A stretch of DNA of 64,000 nt from Lophium mytilinum. Its lineage: Eukaryota. Both the position numbers and the translations under genes were made by a program. The notes beneath the pieces are model-generated. The model made no database searches. It was not told where the DNA came from and saw only the letters and a list, made by a program, of their open reading frames with translations. Positions 11,253 through 23,200 of this stretch are shown piece after piece. Numbering within the stretch: the stretch's first letter is position 1; every line of letters begins with the position of its first letter. The DNA lies in assembly GCA_010093605.1 (NCBI GenBank), contig MU004199.1:310001-374000 (forward strand), given 5' to 3'.

Positions 11253-14041
11253 TTAGACAAAGATTGCCGTGCTCGTAACCTCCCTCTGCGCTCGCCGATT
11301 CTGCCCTCGTCTGGTCTGGGTCGCGCCAGCATCCATACTATTGATCCGGAGGTAGTTGGTCATGATGTAGCCCCAGCTGGATGCGCCTTCTCCCGGGACT
11401 GCAATGATAATGTAATGTCCAGCCAGGATTGCGATATCCCCGACTTGAACTTCGTCGGCACGGCTGGCCTCGTCGACCCTGTCACTGAGGTGTCAGTACC
11501 ATATAGATGCGAGAGAACATGAAACCGCGACGGCTGATCTTACGGTTGTAGAGGCGCCACGAGGAATTTAGCGGGATGTTGAGAGAGGGTCACTTCGATC
11601 ATCCTGGATGATAGTCAGTGCTGTAAGATACGACGGACCAGCCGTGAGAAGGAGACATACTCGGCGGAAATCCAGTTGGCGCCGATAACGGTGAATTGCT
11701 TCGCATCGACGTGCAAGTAATCGTTGGTAATTCTAGCCTGGTAATCTTGCCAATTCGTGGGATCGGTAGGGCCGTTTGCGCCGGGGTAGATGACCTTGAC
11801 GATTGGCTCGTCCGAAAAATCCTCATCCTCGTCGATTCGATGCCTCATGTTCTCCGAATGCTCGATCTTGTTTCTCACTTTCTCCAAGTCATTCCGGATC
11901 TTTTTTCGTTCTGTGCTGTCGACTTTGTATTCGAAATCGTCCATGCCGCGCTCGAAGTGCCGGACCATAGCTTTGATCTTTCGATTATGGGTGCCCATGA
12001 TCCTGATAGTGTCTTTCTTAGTGATTTTCCGACCTTCGAGTTTGTACGCTGTGGCGAGCATATCTTGATTCAGGAGCGCGGAATTTTTCGTTAGTCTTCC
12101 TGGCCCAAGTTGCTCTTCCGCTAGCACCAGCTCGACGGACTTCTCTTTCCTTGCTGTTTTGGACAATTTGCGAGCTAGCGCGCCTACTGCTCCTTTTCCG
12201 TTCTTCGTCGACGTCAGCCACCAGTTGATTCTCCGGATAATCGCATTGAGCATCGAGATGGCCTCATTCATTGAATCATTCAATACGACTTCCTCAATTT
12301 CAAGGTCGTACAGACGGCCGTTGAGGCGGGCCTGGCGGGTGTTGAAAATTCCGGCATTCATGCAGGTGATGCGCTCGAGGTCACTGCTATCGATCGTGTA
12401 TGTGTCGCCGTTGGTCATCTCAACGGTGACTTCCTTCAGACTGGCTTCAGGATGTAGATCGACTGGCGGGATTTCGTTGAAAGTCCTCGATTTAGGTCCT
12501 GCGTATTGGAGACTGTTGAAGACACTGGAGGACCTGAAGCCATCTTCCGGCCACTTAACAATCCACGAAAGCTCGTTGCTTCCGAGATCTCCTACGGTGC
12601 CTGGAAGAAGATAGCCTTGGCCTAGGATGCGGCGAATGAAAGTGTTCCAGTAATGAACATGCATGTTCTCTTGAATAGGCTCGTTCAAAGGGTACCCTTC
12701 ATAGGCAGGCACCATTGCCTTCAAGAAGACCTTGGAATTGATAGACATGAGCGGCATGACCTTCATGAATAGAAGCTCTAGATGTTGGCGATTCGCCTTC
12801 AAACCATATGTAGATTCCAAGAACTCCGCAATCTCAGCCAAGTCATCATCGTTGAGCAGCGAGAGGAGAAGAACAATCATCTGGAGGAAACGAGGTTTGA
12901 TGAAATTTTGAGCAGTTGTTGAGTCTGAAGAATTTCCAGGTTCTAGCGAGTTGTAGTATGCAGCACTGAGCGATATGGTTTCACTGATGCCCTTGCTTGT
13001 CGTGATCGTCTGGAAGTACGACCCGTTGTTGACGCCGTATCTCGTGTTCTTGGAATGTATGATACTGGTTCTTGTCGACATACGGAAAAGTATTGGGCTC
13101 CGAACGCAAAGCCGGCGAGCGTCCTCGATCATGGTATCAAGGAGCTTTCTGGTATCATCGAACGACATGTCTGGGCCGCCTCGATGGATCAGACTTCTGT
13201 AATTTACGATTAGTCCGACCAACGAGCTCCCATCGACCTCGATCAATGTGCTCTCGATATCCCACTCAGAGCGTCGGTCTCGGAGATCATTCACGATGTA
13301 CACCTCATTACTGTCAATATTTACAGCCTCGTAGTCTCTCCCTCGGACCGTAAGGCTTTTCATGGAGCTCATCGGCGGTCCACTTCCGTCCCTGGATTTT
13401 CGTAGCACCCGGGTTCGTGCTTTCTCTGCAATTCGTGATGTTTGGTCCTTTTGCACGACAGCTAGATCTTGAAGAACTTCATATGTAGACAAGAGGAGTC
13501 CAGCTGTATGAACCCTCCAGTAAGAGTCTTTTTGATCAGGCTTTCGACCCGTCATGTCTTGCTGCTCCAGACGATTGACTTGTGGCTTATCCGCTCCAGG
13601 CATGAAAGTCAGTCCCACTTTGAGGGTAATTGCAGCTTCATGAAACTCTGCGGTAGGCTGACCTTCGATCCAAGTCTGCACTATTCGTTTATCCGCTTTC
13701 TTCTCAAGTAGTCGTATCATCATGTCCGTCTCTTCAGGCGGTAGCTGCTTGTTTGCAATTCCATCCCACACAAGATGCCTGGCGACCAAGGCATCTTGGT
13801 CTCTATGGCGATCCAAGCGCGATGCGCTGGGAATTATGTCGCGACCTCCGGTAGGCCTGACAATGACAGACTCGAGTCCGTTCATAGATGCCGGGCCGTG
13901 GGCCTCCGGGTCGCTGTCGGAAGACATGTTGTCCCCGTCGTTGAAGGTGTTGCGACGAGTCGAGCTAGTCGAACCTTGGTCGGTTGGAGGAACTGGTGGT
14001 GGCGGCCGTGATGGAGGTAGTAGGGATCTTGGATGCGCCAT
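11253..14041 (-). CDS. Large orphan protein (~890 aa), 3 exons (14041-11661, 11603-11544, 11484-11253); possibly virus-derived
   Basis: 2.4-kb open exon, then introns 11660-11604 (GTATGT..CTGAC..CAG) and 11543-11485 (GTAAGA..CTGAC..CAG). Splicing keeps the frame to TAA at 11253-11255. No domain recognised. Confidence 0.75.
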
Positions 14042-15169
14042 CTGAGCCTTGTGAGCGACGAAGATAAGTGAGCCTGGTCTTTGACTTGCCCTACTGTGAA
14101 TATAACCGGCAAGATAGCCTACAGATATAAAAGCAGCTGCTGTGAGGGGAGCGACCATAAAGACTATGGAGGCCAGGCTATGAAGCAGCGTAGAGTAGGC
14201 ACCGGCCTTTGATATGGCCGGCCGCTGCGCTTTCGTGGGGCTAACGGGCACTCTTGCCTGGTTGCTGCCTGAGTACGCCGATTGGCGCGTCCTGTAGGAA
14301 AATCATGATAACGCAACTGTGGAGAGACATGCAAGAGAGTGTGGTTAACCTTCATTGGTCAGCCTCGCTGAAGATGCATGAGGAGAAGGTCGGTTGGCTT
14401 TGACTTCGCCATCGTTCAATGCACATCGCAGCAGACCGAGCTCGAGCTGTCTGCCTCACCGCAGAAAGGTGAAAAGAGCTATTGTGATAAAAATTGAGAT
14501 GAAAGGTGGCGGGGATTAGTTCCTTGCGTTAGGCTTCTTCATTACCTCAACCTTGCCTGTCGTTGGCGTGAAACGACCATTTCTCCGCTCCAGCTCCCTC
14601 ATAAAGCTCTGGCGAATAGAGCGCACCTTTCGTGGATGACACGAGTGTTTGCTGAAGGTGGAGAGCATGGCGGTGACTTTAGGCGGTGGCCGTAGTGTTC
14701 AGCCTTGTTGAGGTGAGGTTGAAAGTCGAGAGCGCGGAAGCGGGGCGGAAACATGGGTGCTCGAGCCTTGGCTGCAAAGGGGATAGCGAGATATTGGTGG
14801 CTATCTCAACTCCATGCCGCCAAGCGCTGCTCCTCCACTCAGACAACATCGCGAGAATGGCTGTATGCAAGGCTGAGATTTTCAGCTTCTCATTGGTGTC
14901 GTTCTGTGCTTCTTCTGCCCCCGTTAGCGCAAAAGAAGAAACGCCCATTTGCCATGGACGCCGCCCAAGCCGCAATCTATTCGCCCTCCTGGAGCCTGCC
15001 GCCTCATCGCATTCGTGCCCAATACGCCTTGCTCAGCCTGCTCTTCTCTAGGAGCCTTAGACGAGCCGCCAGGTCATTCGTGTCGCGGAAAACTTTACAA
15101 ATGCAATGCACGCAACAAAACCTCGGGACGCGATGACAGCCACTTTCCTCCGAGCCGAAAACTTTGCCT

Positions 15170-16360
15170 ATGGCGTCTTTACTATTGCTTTCGCTTTCAG
15201 CACTCTTTAAAACGACTCAGTCTCAAGACCCAGGGACCTGCTATACTCCACAAGGCTTTCCAACCGACGGACAAAAAGCTTGCAACCCCTACCAGCAGGT
15301 CTCATCGTGCTGCCCCTCTGGGACGACGTGTTTCTCGAACCAACTATGTATCTTAACGGATCCAGAGGAGGTCAGCAATAGCCTGCCTCTTGGGACTGTT
15401 CTGCGCGGAGGCTGTACCAATCCACTCTGGAGCAATTCAATCTGTGGAAGCTTTTGCCTGGGTAGGTACTCCGCGAGATTGAGTGTATGAAAAGCGGTTA
15501 GACTGACGAGATCACAAGGCAATGGTGACGATGGATCAATCACATCATGTGGTAATCAGCAATATTGCTGTCAATCAGATGTTAATGACGGGTCCTGCGA
15601 TTGCGATACTGGCAAAGGCATCTTCTCGTTAGCGGACGGGGTCGCGCAGACCATTATCGGCGTTAGCGGGCTTGAAGCCACAACAGTACCACCAGTTTCA
15701 CGAGCGTCTAGTAGGCCCACCGCTTCCACTACCGCGACCAGTGTTACAGCTACATCTTCAGCGAAGAGCGCGACAACTTTGGCTTCATCTACGCAACGCT
15801 CTTCCTCTCGTGCCTCGTCTACAGCCACCGCCACCGAGAGCTCTCCGTCCCAAACCTCCTCCGCTGCAACCCCGTCACTAGTTCATACCACTCGTTTCAA
15901 GGTCGGTCTTGGGGTTGGGCTCGGCGTGGGTATTTTCGCTCTCATATTACTTGGTATCTTCATCTGGTGGTGGTTTACCCGCCGTGGCAATCGCAGTCCT
16001 CATCCAAACCCCAGCCCTTACGACACAAACTCTGATACCCACCCGGACGACATTCGCTTGCCCAATATCTCACACCCAGCCACCGCCCCGAACCCAAACC
16101 CGTATGACGGCGAAGGCTTTAGAGGAGGTAGCTACCCACCCACGATCACTACTCCACCTCCGCAAGCGCGTCCCGGGCAGTCTCGCGACATGCTCGGCAC
16201 AGCGCCTACAAACAATCCCTATGAGAGTACTTACTCGTTTTCGTCACGGGGCGGTGATAGTGTCAGAAATCAATACCCGAACCCGTATGCGCCGCCTCAG
16301 CGTCTAGAGAGGGTGGGAGAGACATCGGTGCCGCAAGAAGGGCTACCTCGATTTGCGTGA
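15170..16360 (+). CDS. Signal peptide, Cys-rich ectodomain, Ser/Thr stalk, single TM helix, Pro/Tyr-rich tail (Mid2/WSC-like cell-surface protein)
   Basis: Starts MASLLLLSLSAL and contains CYTPQG...CNP...CCPSGTTCFSNQLC. Intron 15462-15518 (GTAGGT..CTGAC..AAG) joins to GNGDDGSITSCGNQQYCC. TM segment VGLGVGLGVGIFALILLGIFIWWWF followed by TRR. Confidence 0.85.
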
Positions 16361-16392
16361 TCTAGAATCCCAAGATAACGCAGTGAGTATCA

Positions 16393-16723
16393 GGCTACCT
16401 TTTGACGAAGGAAACACCGCCTAGCTGGGGTATCTCTTACGCTGGTATCGATCCGATAAACATGGAGCTAAAGTAGTGGTATCTAGGCGCCCAAATTCAT
16501 GTCCTAGTACTGTACTAGAGGTCTTCTGATAGCGGCATATTACGGTGTCTGGCGCAGAACGTATTTCCTTTTATGCAAACTGACTGATTGTCGAGTATTA
16601 GGTTACCTCTTGACGAAAGAAACACTTGCTAGCTGGGGTACCCTTCACAGTGGGGTTGATTGAGCAGAAACGAAGCGAAAGCAGTGGTACATTCAGGTGC
16701 CCAAACTTATGTCATAGTACTGG
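16393..16723 (-). mobile_element. Two diverged ~120-bp tandem copies ending in the same TIR (16393-16513, 16601-16723)
   Basis: GG.TACCT.TTGACGAA.GAAACAC..GC.TAGCTGGGGTA ... G.GCCCAAA.T.ATGTC.TAGTACTG appears twice. The ends match the CAGTACTAGG.CATAAGTTTGGGCAC TIR. Confidence 0.65.
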
Positions 16724-16968
16724 AAGTTGGATCTGGGACTAATCAACACGAAGCATGAACCCCACAACGAAATTACCCGTACACTAGCAACCCTGTAGCT
16801 ACTGTCTATTTACTATACTGCAGAACTTGACATTCTTGGTAGCCGGCTTCTCGTAGGGCCAGGGGAACCTGAATGACTTCAATCAATGTGCAGCCAGACG
16901 CCCCGGGCTCTCCGATCTAAAGCGTAGTGAATAGAACGTTAGTTCTAGGAGACGAAGCATCGAACACT

Positions 16969-18396
16969 CTACCGCTCACGCTTTCTAAGCCGATCTCCCA
17001 GCTCCTGCCAAATCTTCATGTTGGATTCCGTCAAGTCGTACCCAGCCTTTCCAAAGAACTCAGCCTGCTTCTGTTCTCTCCAAGTATCTATCATCGTAAG
17101 TTGGGGCCCATGCTTCTTGAAAACGTCAAGACCGCCCACAAGGTCGTCATATTCCACGCACAAAGCAAGAACTGCGCCAGTAGCAACAGTTTGAGACAGG
17201 AAGTGTGGAGCGTACTTTACGAGATCCACGCATCTCTGTTGGAGGTTGTAACCCGGCTCCTGCTGCATCACGGTCCCATCCAGGATCCATTTGGCCATGT
17301 CCGCGGAACTATGAACGCCGGTATCGAGAGGGTGACCACGCAGACAGCGCACCAAACCACCGACTTGCACTGCTGGTTGTTTGTCTAGAACCACCTTTTC
17401 ACAGGGCACCACATGACACTCTGATTCCGGGTCCGATTCCGGGTCTGATTCCTGGCTCGATCTCTGTACTGTCCGTCTGTTGTGTTCATTCTTGATCAGA
17501 TCTCTTGCAGAGAGTCCTTGCTTCTGGACGTCCTTGGAAATTTTGTCATTCCATCTGGAGCCTTCCGTCACATGTTTGTACGTTTCCAAACGGATGGAGT
17601 CAAGGCCCAATTCACGCTCCTCCACGGCTAAGTCGAAAATCCGGACCAGCATCTTCGTTAACTCCACACCATCAGGCTTGCTTCTGGGCTTCTCATGACG
17701 TCGTTTATAAAAGCTTACCGGCGTTAAAATGTCCGAAGAACCAGACCTTTCCTTTCTTTTCTTTCCACGCGAAGACCGACGGTTTGTCCGCTCCGTGTCT
17801 CCTCCCGGAAGGCTATTGTCTTGGTCCACGTCCATTAGATCTTCCATATCTGCATCTTGCAAACCTTCTGCGTCATCGTCCGCACTGTCGGCTCTTATGG
17901 TCTCTGCACCCGCGCCCTCGTCTGGGGAACTAGGAGCACTCTCGCCTCCCGGGAGATCCGCCTCTGGCCCATCGCGTCGGGGGCCATCGTGTCCGGAATT
18001 GTTCCTACCCCTACGCCGTGTAGCCCTCGCGTCCCATGAATCGTACTCAGCGTTGCGTCTCTTTTCCTGCCTCAGATTGTCTAACGCCTCCCGATCCGCC
18101 CTCCAGGCTCGAAGAAGAATGGCCCTATCCGTATGGACATAAGCTTTCGCAAGGTTTAAGATGACCTTTATGTTCTCTTCGTGCTCGGCTGTTGTATACA
18201 CTTCATGGGTGTCAATTTCCTTCACGCGTTTCAATGAAAGGGGGAGTGAGAGTGTCTCATAAGCTCCACTGCCCAAGGCGTAGGAGCCGTCTGGGCCGTC
18301 TGGTGATGATGGCACTGGGCTTGGGATATTAGATTGATCGCTGGAGGCGATGGCGGTGCCGGCACTCTCCTCCCCGACGGGCGTCTGTGGATCCAT
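16969..18396 (-). CDS. Hypothetical protein (475 aa) with an acidic/basic disordered middle, NLS-like stretches and a helical C-terminal domain
   Basis: Long intronless ORF with GCC-ATG context and TATAT upstream (~18478). Its N-terminal domain resembles that of the neighbouring gene. Confidence 0.7.
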   Translation of the reverse strand: MDPQTPVGEESAGTAIASSDQSNIPSPVPSSPDGPDGSYALGSGAYETLSLPLSLKRVKEIDTHEVYTTAEHEENIKVILNLAKAYVHTDRAILLRAWRADREALDNLRQEKRRNAEYDSWDARATRRRGRNNSGHDGPRRDGPEADLPGGESAPSSPDEGAGAETIRADSADDDAEGLQDADMEDLMDVDQDNSLPGGDTERTNRRSSRGKKRKERSGSSDILTPVSFYKRRHEKPRSKPDGVELTKMLVRIFDLAVEERELGLDSIRLETYKHVTEGSRWNDKISKDVQKQGLSARDLIKNEHNRRTVQRSSQESDPESDPESECHVVPCEKVVLDKQPAVQVGGLVRCLRGHPLDTGVHSSADMAKWILDGTVMQQEPGYNLQQRCVDLVKYAPHFLSQTVATGAVLALCVEYDDLVGGLDVFKKHGPQLTMIDTWREQKQAEFFGKAGYDLTESNMKIWQELGDRLRKRER

Positions 18397-18840
18397 GGCA
18401 GTACTTCTGATTTAGACTTGAAGAAGTTGGAAGGCGGAAAGATGTTGAGAACATGTACAAGGACTAATCTACTGGCTATATAAGCACAGGGAAATGTTTG
18501 GTTTGCCCCTCTTGTAAAGTTTCCGGGAAGCTCTAGCGATTCTATTGATTACGCCTGTGGCCGCTTTCTTGCTGGACTGAAATAGATATTCGGCGAGCTT
18601 CCGATATCAGCCTCACGGAAATCAAAAGAACAACACACTGGTTTGCCAGTGCCTGGGGTACCCCCGCAGAATATCAAAGATTCAAGTGCGATGTCGAGTT
18701 TTGAGCAGTACAGATTAGGCTGCCTTTTGATTAAGTATCTGATCAACAGCTAGACTACCCCCTACAGTTGTGTCTAGTAGGCAACATTGAATCCAAACAG
18801 AGACAGATCTATGTGCCTAGGCTTCCGGTCTAGTACTTCA

Positions 18841-19485
18841 TCAAAGTTCTTCATCACTTCTATCCGAATCTTCAAGTTTTGTCCCCACTGCATCCCCGCG
18901 TCCCCCTCCTGATTCTCTGCTCCCCTGCCCTCGCGACGATGCAACACCTCGGTCTTGTTCCTCTTTGACCCTAGCATCTCCTTCTCTCCCACTCACAAGT
19001 CCATCCGCGCTTTTTCTAGCATGAACTTCTGGTGGAAACCCCGTCATCTTCCCCTCCCTCCCCGGCGTCGCAAAGCCCCTCCGCTCGTTCAACCACGACT
19101 CTGCCAACATCTTCTTATCCCACAGCGCGTAATCCCGCGCCAGCAGCTGGATCTTGGCCAAGTTCCGGTGGTGCTGGATGGGCGCATATTTGGCGTTTCG
19201 GTCGATCTTTCGGACCTCGTCGAGACGTATCTTGATCATGGGATCGATTGGGTAGGCGTCGCCTTCGTAACGTGGAAGAGCTTCTTGGATGTCGTCACTA
19301 AGATGGCGGCGCTGAGTGCCCCAGTCTCGGTCGTCTTCTGAAATCTCGTCGTCGATAGGGGGGTCGTTGTAGAAGTCAGGGCTGCTAGAGGCTAGACGTT
19401 CGGAGTGGAGGGGTAGATTTTGTTTTGCGGGCGTCTTGGGCTTGCTGGTGGAGGTTTTTCGTTTCGCAGGTGTGCTGCCGAACAT
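18841..19485 (-). CDS. Hypothetical protein (~214 aa), paralogous domain to 16969-18396
   Basis: AAA-ATG start at 19485 (MFGSTPAKRK); the upstream part of the listed ORF lies inside a MITE. Shares the L..V..ID....Y....H..N...I..LA..Y...D...L...W..[DE]R motif. Confidence 0.6.
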   Translation of the reverse strand: MFGSTPAKRKTSTSKPKTPAKQNLPLHSERLASSSPDFYNDPPIDDEISEDDRDWGTQRRHLSDDIQEALPRYEGDAYPIDPMIKIRLDEVRKIDRNAKYAPIQHHRNLAKIQLLARDYALWDKKMLAESWLNERRGFATPGREGKMTGFPPEVHARKSADGLVSGREGDARVKEEQDRGVASSRGQGSRESGGGRGDAVGTKLEDSDRSDEEL

Positions 19486-19584
19486 TTTCGTTGTTTTGGA
19501 GGACCAAGAAATGGTACGAAGGCTAACGTTTTCGTAGTGTTTCAAGAGGCATCGAATGAGCTTTATTACAAGTATTTGTTTGCT

Positions 19585-19810
19585 AAGTCCTGGGTCATAA
19601 GTTTGCGCACCCGGATATTCTACCAATTGGGCTTCACGTGTCTTCTCTTGGTGCTGCTGTAAGGAGTACATCAGCAAGACTATCTCCAATTAGTCAAATG
19701 GTAGCTATATTTCCACTGCATTAGGTTTTACATTGTGCAAGGAGTTTTAGAAGCTTATCGGGATACCCAAAGAAGATGCGAGGAGTGCCCAAACTTATGT
19801 TACAGTACTA
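19585..19810. mobile_element. Degenerate ~225-bp MITE of the CAGTACTAGG TIR family
   Basis: Left end AAGTCCTGGGTCATAAGTTTGCGCACCCGGATAT; right end GTGCCCAAACTTATGTTACAGTACTA (inverted). Confidence 0.6.
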
Positions 19811-20255
19811 TGAGCGCTTCACGTAGTGTCCAGGAAGTTAGCACCTTTTATTGCCTTCTCGATCGAGCATTCACGAGAGACCAATAGACGTTTTGAGATA
19901 TTGCACTACCCGAAGAGGTTCGCTAGATATAGTTAGACAACATGTGACATGGTGTTCAACGAGGCTGAAGGATTCGGCCCCCATATGCAGCCAAGCAACT
20001 TAGGGATAAGCTTCGTGTTCTCCGTCTCGACCGCGCGGGGTGTCTCCCCAAACCGGGCTTCCTATAGGGCAGTGATTACAGCAACTGCAAGCTGGGCATG
20101 GTTTATCGACGCGCAATGCGTTTCTGGCCACAGTGCTGGATTAGCTTCCTTCAGCCTTCTTAACCACGGCAAGACCCCGCAACCTGTCGCAATTGCGCTC
20201 ATGATTTCTTTCCGACCCGGCTGCGGTTCAGCCTCAAATTTTGCCAGCGGCGATA

Positions 20256-23200
20256 ATGGCTAGCTATAGCCCTCATCAGTACTCTCCGCATGAGTTTGAC
20301 CCGTTTGCGCCGGACCCTCAGCGCTTCCAGGATGCGGATGCGACGGCGACCGTTGCGGCCGCGGGCGTCCGGGAAGCGCCAGCTCAACTACAGTCATACC
20401 CACACTCCGGAAGTCCAATGGTAGCCCCCAGATCTAATAATCCGTTTAATCCATTCTTTCGAAGTGCGTCTGCTTCCCCTCAATCTGCCTATCAGGGCGC
20501 TCCGACCCCTTCACCAATATCGCCATGGCGTCCAATGATGGCGAGCCCTCGAGTGGCTCCGCTGGAGCGTCAAAGGTCTTTGGGGGACTATTTCGCGATA
20601 GAAGAGGTGCCACGGACCATCTATACAGACCAGGAGTTTGCAGACATCGCACGACTCTTGAAGGACACAGACCGCGAGCCCTGGAGCCGGATACCTCGAA
20701 TATATACGGTGTTGAGGCTAATCGGGCAGGTTCCTGCGATTGACACGTTTCTGGACCTGGGAATGAATGATCTATGGCTTCCGTTTCATGTATCACAGTT
20801 GCCGAGGTCAATGCCGACGTTCCATCGGGAGAGGTTTATCCAGTCGCAGACTATGGTATTGTAGGTGTCATAGTATGCTTCTCCGTCGAATTGAGCGCTG
20901 ATGATTCATGCAGGACTAAAGCAGTAGATCTTGAAAACGGAACACTGAAAAAGCACACCCATTTCCGACAAGGCGAGCCCTTCCCATTCGACGTCGGCGA
21001 TAAGCTCGGAGAAGGCGGATATGCTTCCGTGGATAAGGTCTACAGCTCTCTTAGCGGCCGCACTTATGCCCGCAAGAGGTTCCGGAGAACGAGGGCAAAG
21101 CCAAGCGAGGTGCAAAGCTTCATGAACGAGCTGCAAGTATTGAAACGCATCAACCATCAACATTGCGTGGAGCTAGTTGCTAGCTATACCGATTCCAAGT
21201 ACTTCGGTCTCCTCATCTCTCCCGTAGCGGATTACAACTTGTCGGCGTTTTACGGCGTCGTTGCCGGCAACAAAGAAAATGAGAAATCACTGAGGAGTTT
21301 CTTCGGCTGCTTAGCTCACTCATTGCACTTTCTGCACCAGAACAAGATACGGCATCGTGATATTAAGCCGGAGAACATTCTTGTCAAGGGGTCCGCGGTG
21401 TACCTTGCAGATTTTGGCATATCATTGGACTGGGAGAACCTATCTCGCAGCACCACGACGGAGGACTCCGGCAAATCATGGACCTACTGTGCACCCGAAG
21501 TCGCAAACTATGAGAAGCGAAACTCTTCCTCTGATATCTGGTCCCTGGGCTGCGTGTTTTTGGAGATGCTGACAGTCCTCAAAGGCTTCACCGTGCACGA
21601 CCTCCGCGAAGTATTTCGGAAACACTCCGGCCGCCCAAGGTTCTATGAGAACATCGACGTGGCTATGGGCTGGACCGAACAACTCAAAGGCTATGGAGTA
21701 GAGTCCGACAACGAGGCGGTACGCTGGATCCGCGAAATGGTCGTTGTTGACCCTGAGAGGCGTGCTACGGCCGAAACGCTATCCGTTTCGATTGCAACGT
21801 TCGGAAGAAAGATCAAGAACAAAAAAGAAGAGAACTCATATTGCGGCGATTGCTGCTCTCACGATCATGAAATGGAGTCTTCTTCCGAGGCGGCATCGGA
21901 TGATGATGTCTGGGCGAGGGACTTCTATGCGGAGGATTCTACGCCTGCTACGTCGCCGCCCGGAACGGATCCTTCAAAAGTGCAAGTTCCTATCCAGCAG
22001 GATTTGGTCGTTCAAGCGGGTTTACAAGAGCCTCCGCACTCGAACGCGGTTATTCATTTAGAGAGTTCCCAATTAGCTGATCCTGTTACAGACGAGGACA
22101 GCACAGCAGATTACTACCGTCAGTACCGCCACGTACAGCAAGTACCGAATGCCAACCCTAAAGAAGCGAACCCCGACCCTAAGGCAGTGTTGGACGTGGG
22201 GTCTCGATCACCTGAGAAATCCCAGCCGGACGGCCCCGTCGCCCAGAGTCCAGTTGCCCGACCGGGTAAGACTAAGTGGGAATCACGCCAACAGGATGAG
22301 ACGCCTGATATCGAGAAATTACAAGTCTCTGATTCCAATACTATCGAGTCTAGCAGACCCGATACAAACCATGGTCCTCACAAAACGCTTGGAGCAGCCG
22401 ACCCCAAGCATACAGAAGAGTTTTTTGCAGCAGCGGAAGCGGCGGCTGCCGCGATGGAGAAAGACATGGAATCCGGTCTTGTCACGGAAGAAGACGCACC
22501 ATCAAACCAGTCTACTGCTAAACTTGTCACCCAGCAAACCCGAGAGCAAAAAGAATCCGAATTAGACTTAGTGACATCCAAGGCTTTGCTGGAACACAGG
22601 ATTACCGTTCGCAGACAGCTACTTGAGGAGGTTACGAGGGATATTACACCATGGCGATTCTTGGATTTCAAAGGCCGACTTCCTGCCATATCTTCGGAGA
22701 GTTGGCACACTCCAGCTGACTTTCTTGCATCTGTTCAGTCGGATGTCGTGTTCATGGAGTATCTCCGATCATCAGATATGCCCCATTTCGAAAATTTTAG
22801 AGTCGCGGACGTCAACGATAACAACGACGATCTCGCAGCAATGATGTACCTCCTACTCCTCAACGGCCTAGACGCCAACAACGCCTCCTTCATAGAAAAC
22901 ACCGCCGACTACCGCGGCTGCATGCCCCTGATGTGGACCCTCCACCCCGACTGGTCTTCCCTTCCCTGCCGCAACTCCATTGCCAAACTCCTCATCGGCT
23001 TCGGCGCCGACGTCGACGCCAAGCTCGACGACGGCCGTAACCCTCTTACCAGAACCTCTGGTGAGGGTAACGTCGAGATCATGAAGATCCTCCTCGACTT
23101 AGGCTGCCGCCCCGACACCATCCACACTATCGGCGTGCACGCCACCTTCTTCGCCGCAACCAACGGCCAAACCGACGCCCTCCGCATCCTCCTAGACCAC

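Noticed and set aside
19486..19689. N-terminal extension of ORF 18841-19689
   Set aside because: It starts at a non-ATG codon inside a MITE; ATG 19485 is the more plausible start.
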